Virus record (IMG/VR): IMGVR_UViG_3300046007_012472
Location: 12,437 to 76,436 of that record
DNA length: 64,000 bases
Reading direction: 5' to 3' (one strand)
From: a virus
The notes under the pieces were generated by a model, which did no database searches, was not told the origin of the DNA, and saw only the letters and a list, made by a program, of their open reading frames with translations. Both the position numbers and the translations under genes were made by a program. This document shows, piece after piece, positions 62,549 to 64,000 of this stretch; within the stretch, counting starts at the first letter, position 1; each line of letters starts with the position of its first letter.

Positions 62549-64000
62549 TTAATTTAGAACCATTCGACTAAAGTTATTTTTTTTCTCAAATGATAAAATT
62601 GTGGAGAATTTATCCATTAATTGATCTGTTTTGTGACTAATAACAAATATATTTGAGTTTTTACCAAGAACTTGAAGCAATTTCATAAATTCTTCGGTTC
62701 CACCAGAATCTAGAGAAGAATCAAAAACTTCATCGAGAATCAATAAATTGCATGAAACACTGTTTTTCATCCGGGCAATTTCTCTCCAGCAAAGAAGAAG
62801 ACTGAGATCTATCCTCATTTTTTCCCCTTCGCTGAAGCTAGCGTATGAAAAATCATCGCGATGTCTACTCTTTATTGTCTCGTTGAATTCTTCATCCAAA
62901 TTAAATTTAACGAAAAAATCCATCGATGAAAGATATTTGTTGATTAATTTATTAATTATAGGTAAGTAATATTTTATAATCTTTGCCTTGATTCCAGAGT
63001 CTTTCAGTAGAGTACCCACAACATTCATATACTCCTCATCCTCTGTCATCTTGGTAAGGTCAGATTTTATCTTATTTTTATCTGATGTTATTTTATCAAG
63101 ATTTTTTCTTTCATTTTCTATATCAGTATTTGATGTTTTTGTGGGAATGTTTAATTTATTAATATCTTTTTGTATATTGGTAATTCTATCATCGATAGAT
63201 GATATCTTAAATTTTAATGAAGTTATTTTTTTATTTTGATCTTGCGCAACTTTTAATTCTTCATTGTATTTTTTCAATGATTGTTTTGCTTTTTCAATTC
63301 CAGATTGTATTTCTTTCAATTTTTCTGTTTTTTCTGAAATACATTTATTTTTTACATCGTCTGATATTATTTGTTTACAAGTTTCACAGACATGATTCGA
63401 TCCGTGGAATGAAATTTCGGAATTTACTTTTTCAAGATTTTCTTCCAGTCTACCTTGTATCGTATTAAAGGAGGTGATATTTTTTTGAATACTATTAATA
63501 TCTTTTACAATTTCCTCAAGATCGTTCAATTCCTTCTCATAGGGCAATCTTTCTGATTTAAGATCCTCGATATTCTTTTCATATTCTTTAATTTTTTCTT
63601 TGCGTTCATCATCGGTTTCTTTTTTCATTTTTTCAAGATTTGAAATGTACCCACGAATCACTCTTTCTTTTTCTACTAATATTTCAAGTTTATTTTCTAG
63701 AGTCTGCTGCTTGGTTTTCATTTGTGATACTTTTTCTTTTAATACCACATTCATTTCTGAAAATATTCCAATGTCAAGAATATCTTCAATGACGGCTCTA
63801 CGGTCAGCGGCAGTCAATTGCATAAATGGAATAAATGATGTACTTCCAAGTATCACCACTTGAGTAAATGATTTAAATGTCATCTTGAGGATATCCTCCT
63901 CAAGATAACGCTGATAATCTTTTGTTTTTGAAGTTTGATTCAATAAAACATTATCTTGAATTATTTCAAATATCTTGGGGTTCAATCCCCTGCGTATTCT
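62549..64000 (-). CDS. 46: recombination ATPase gp46 (SbcC/Rad50-like), 5' end outside window
   Basis: FTQVVILGS, CETC Zn hook, SFSEGEKMRIDL, LILDEVFD, VISH; frame open to window end. Confidence 0.95.
   Translation of the reverse strand, partial: RIRRGLNPKIFEIIQDNVLLNQTSKTKDYQRYLEEDILKMTFKSFTQVVILGSTSFIPFMQLTAADRRAVIEDILDIGIFSEMNVVLKEKVSQMKTKQQTLENKLEILVEKERVIRGYISNLEKMKKETDDERKEKIKEYEKNIEDLKSERLPYEKELNDLEEIVKDINSIQKNITSFNTIQGRLEENLEKVNSEISFHGSNHVCETCKQIISDDVKNKCISEKTEKLKEIQSGIEKAKQSLKKYNEELKVAQDQNKKITSLKFKISSIDDRITNIQKDINKLNIPTKTSNTDIENERKNLDKITSDKNKIKSDLTKMTEDEEYMNVVGTLLKDSGIKAKIIKYYLPIINKLINKYLSSMDFFVKFNLDEEFNETIKSRHRDDFSYASFSEGEKMRIDLSLLLCWREIARMKNSVSCNLLILDEVFDSSLDSGGTEEFMKLLQVLGKNSNIFVISHKTDQLMDKFSTILSFEKKNNFSRMVLN

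Noticed and set aside
63976-63991. GGGGTTCAATCCCC T-arm-like hairpin
   Set aside because: Lies within gp46 coding sequence with no D or anticodon arm

Overview
A 64-kb segment of a large T4-like myovirus genome, lytic on gene content (no integrase or repressor here), probably from an uncultured lineage. Left to right: a truncated Cys-rich ORF; four tRNA genes (Arg-TCT, Gly-TCC, Glu-TTC, Asn-GTT, none encoding CCA); gp33 and gp32; a baseplate/tail-initiation module (gp26/gp51-like, gp54-like, gp4, gp48, gp53, a 1744-aa gp27-like hub, gp25, gp6, gp7-like); nrdJ and thyX; then the minus-strand replication module (gp61, gp41, uvsX, gp43, dUTPase, regA, gp62/44/45, gp46). That module is interrupted by a ~14-kb AT-rich island of 18 glycosyltransferase and sugar-biosynthesis genes and by two cassettes of collagen-like fibre, LamG and RCC1 genes, one next to a GT2-TPR glycosyltransferase. 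Top hypothesis: a phage-encoded virion O-glycosylation system using a G-x-T sequon, which by hand count is strongly enriched in outer virion proteins but nearly absent from gp6 and gp43. Other signals: a probable -1 frameshift fusing gp26 to a start-less gp51-like ORF; an in-frame TAA splitting an RCC1 gene; a RibB/aldolase/kinase/nucleotidyltransferase/phosphatase sugar module; apparently leaderless transcripts for gp41, gp43 and gp33; an SD-sequestering hairpin over a late promoter; and a candidate ~55-nt late small RNA. All family calls come from motif recognition, not database searches.
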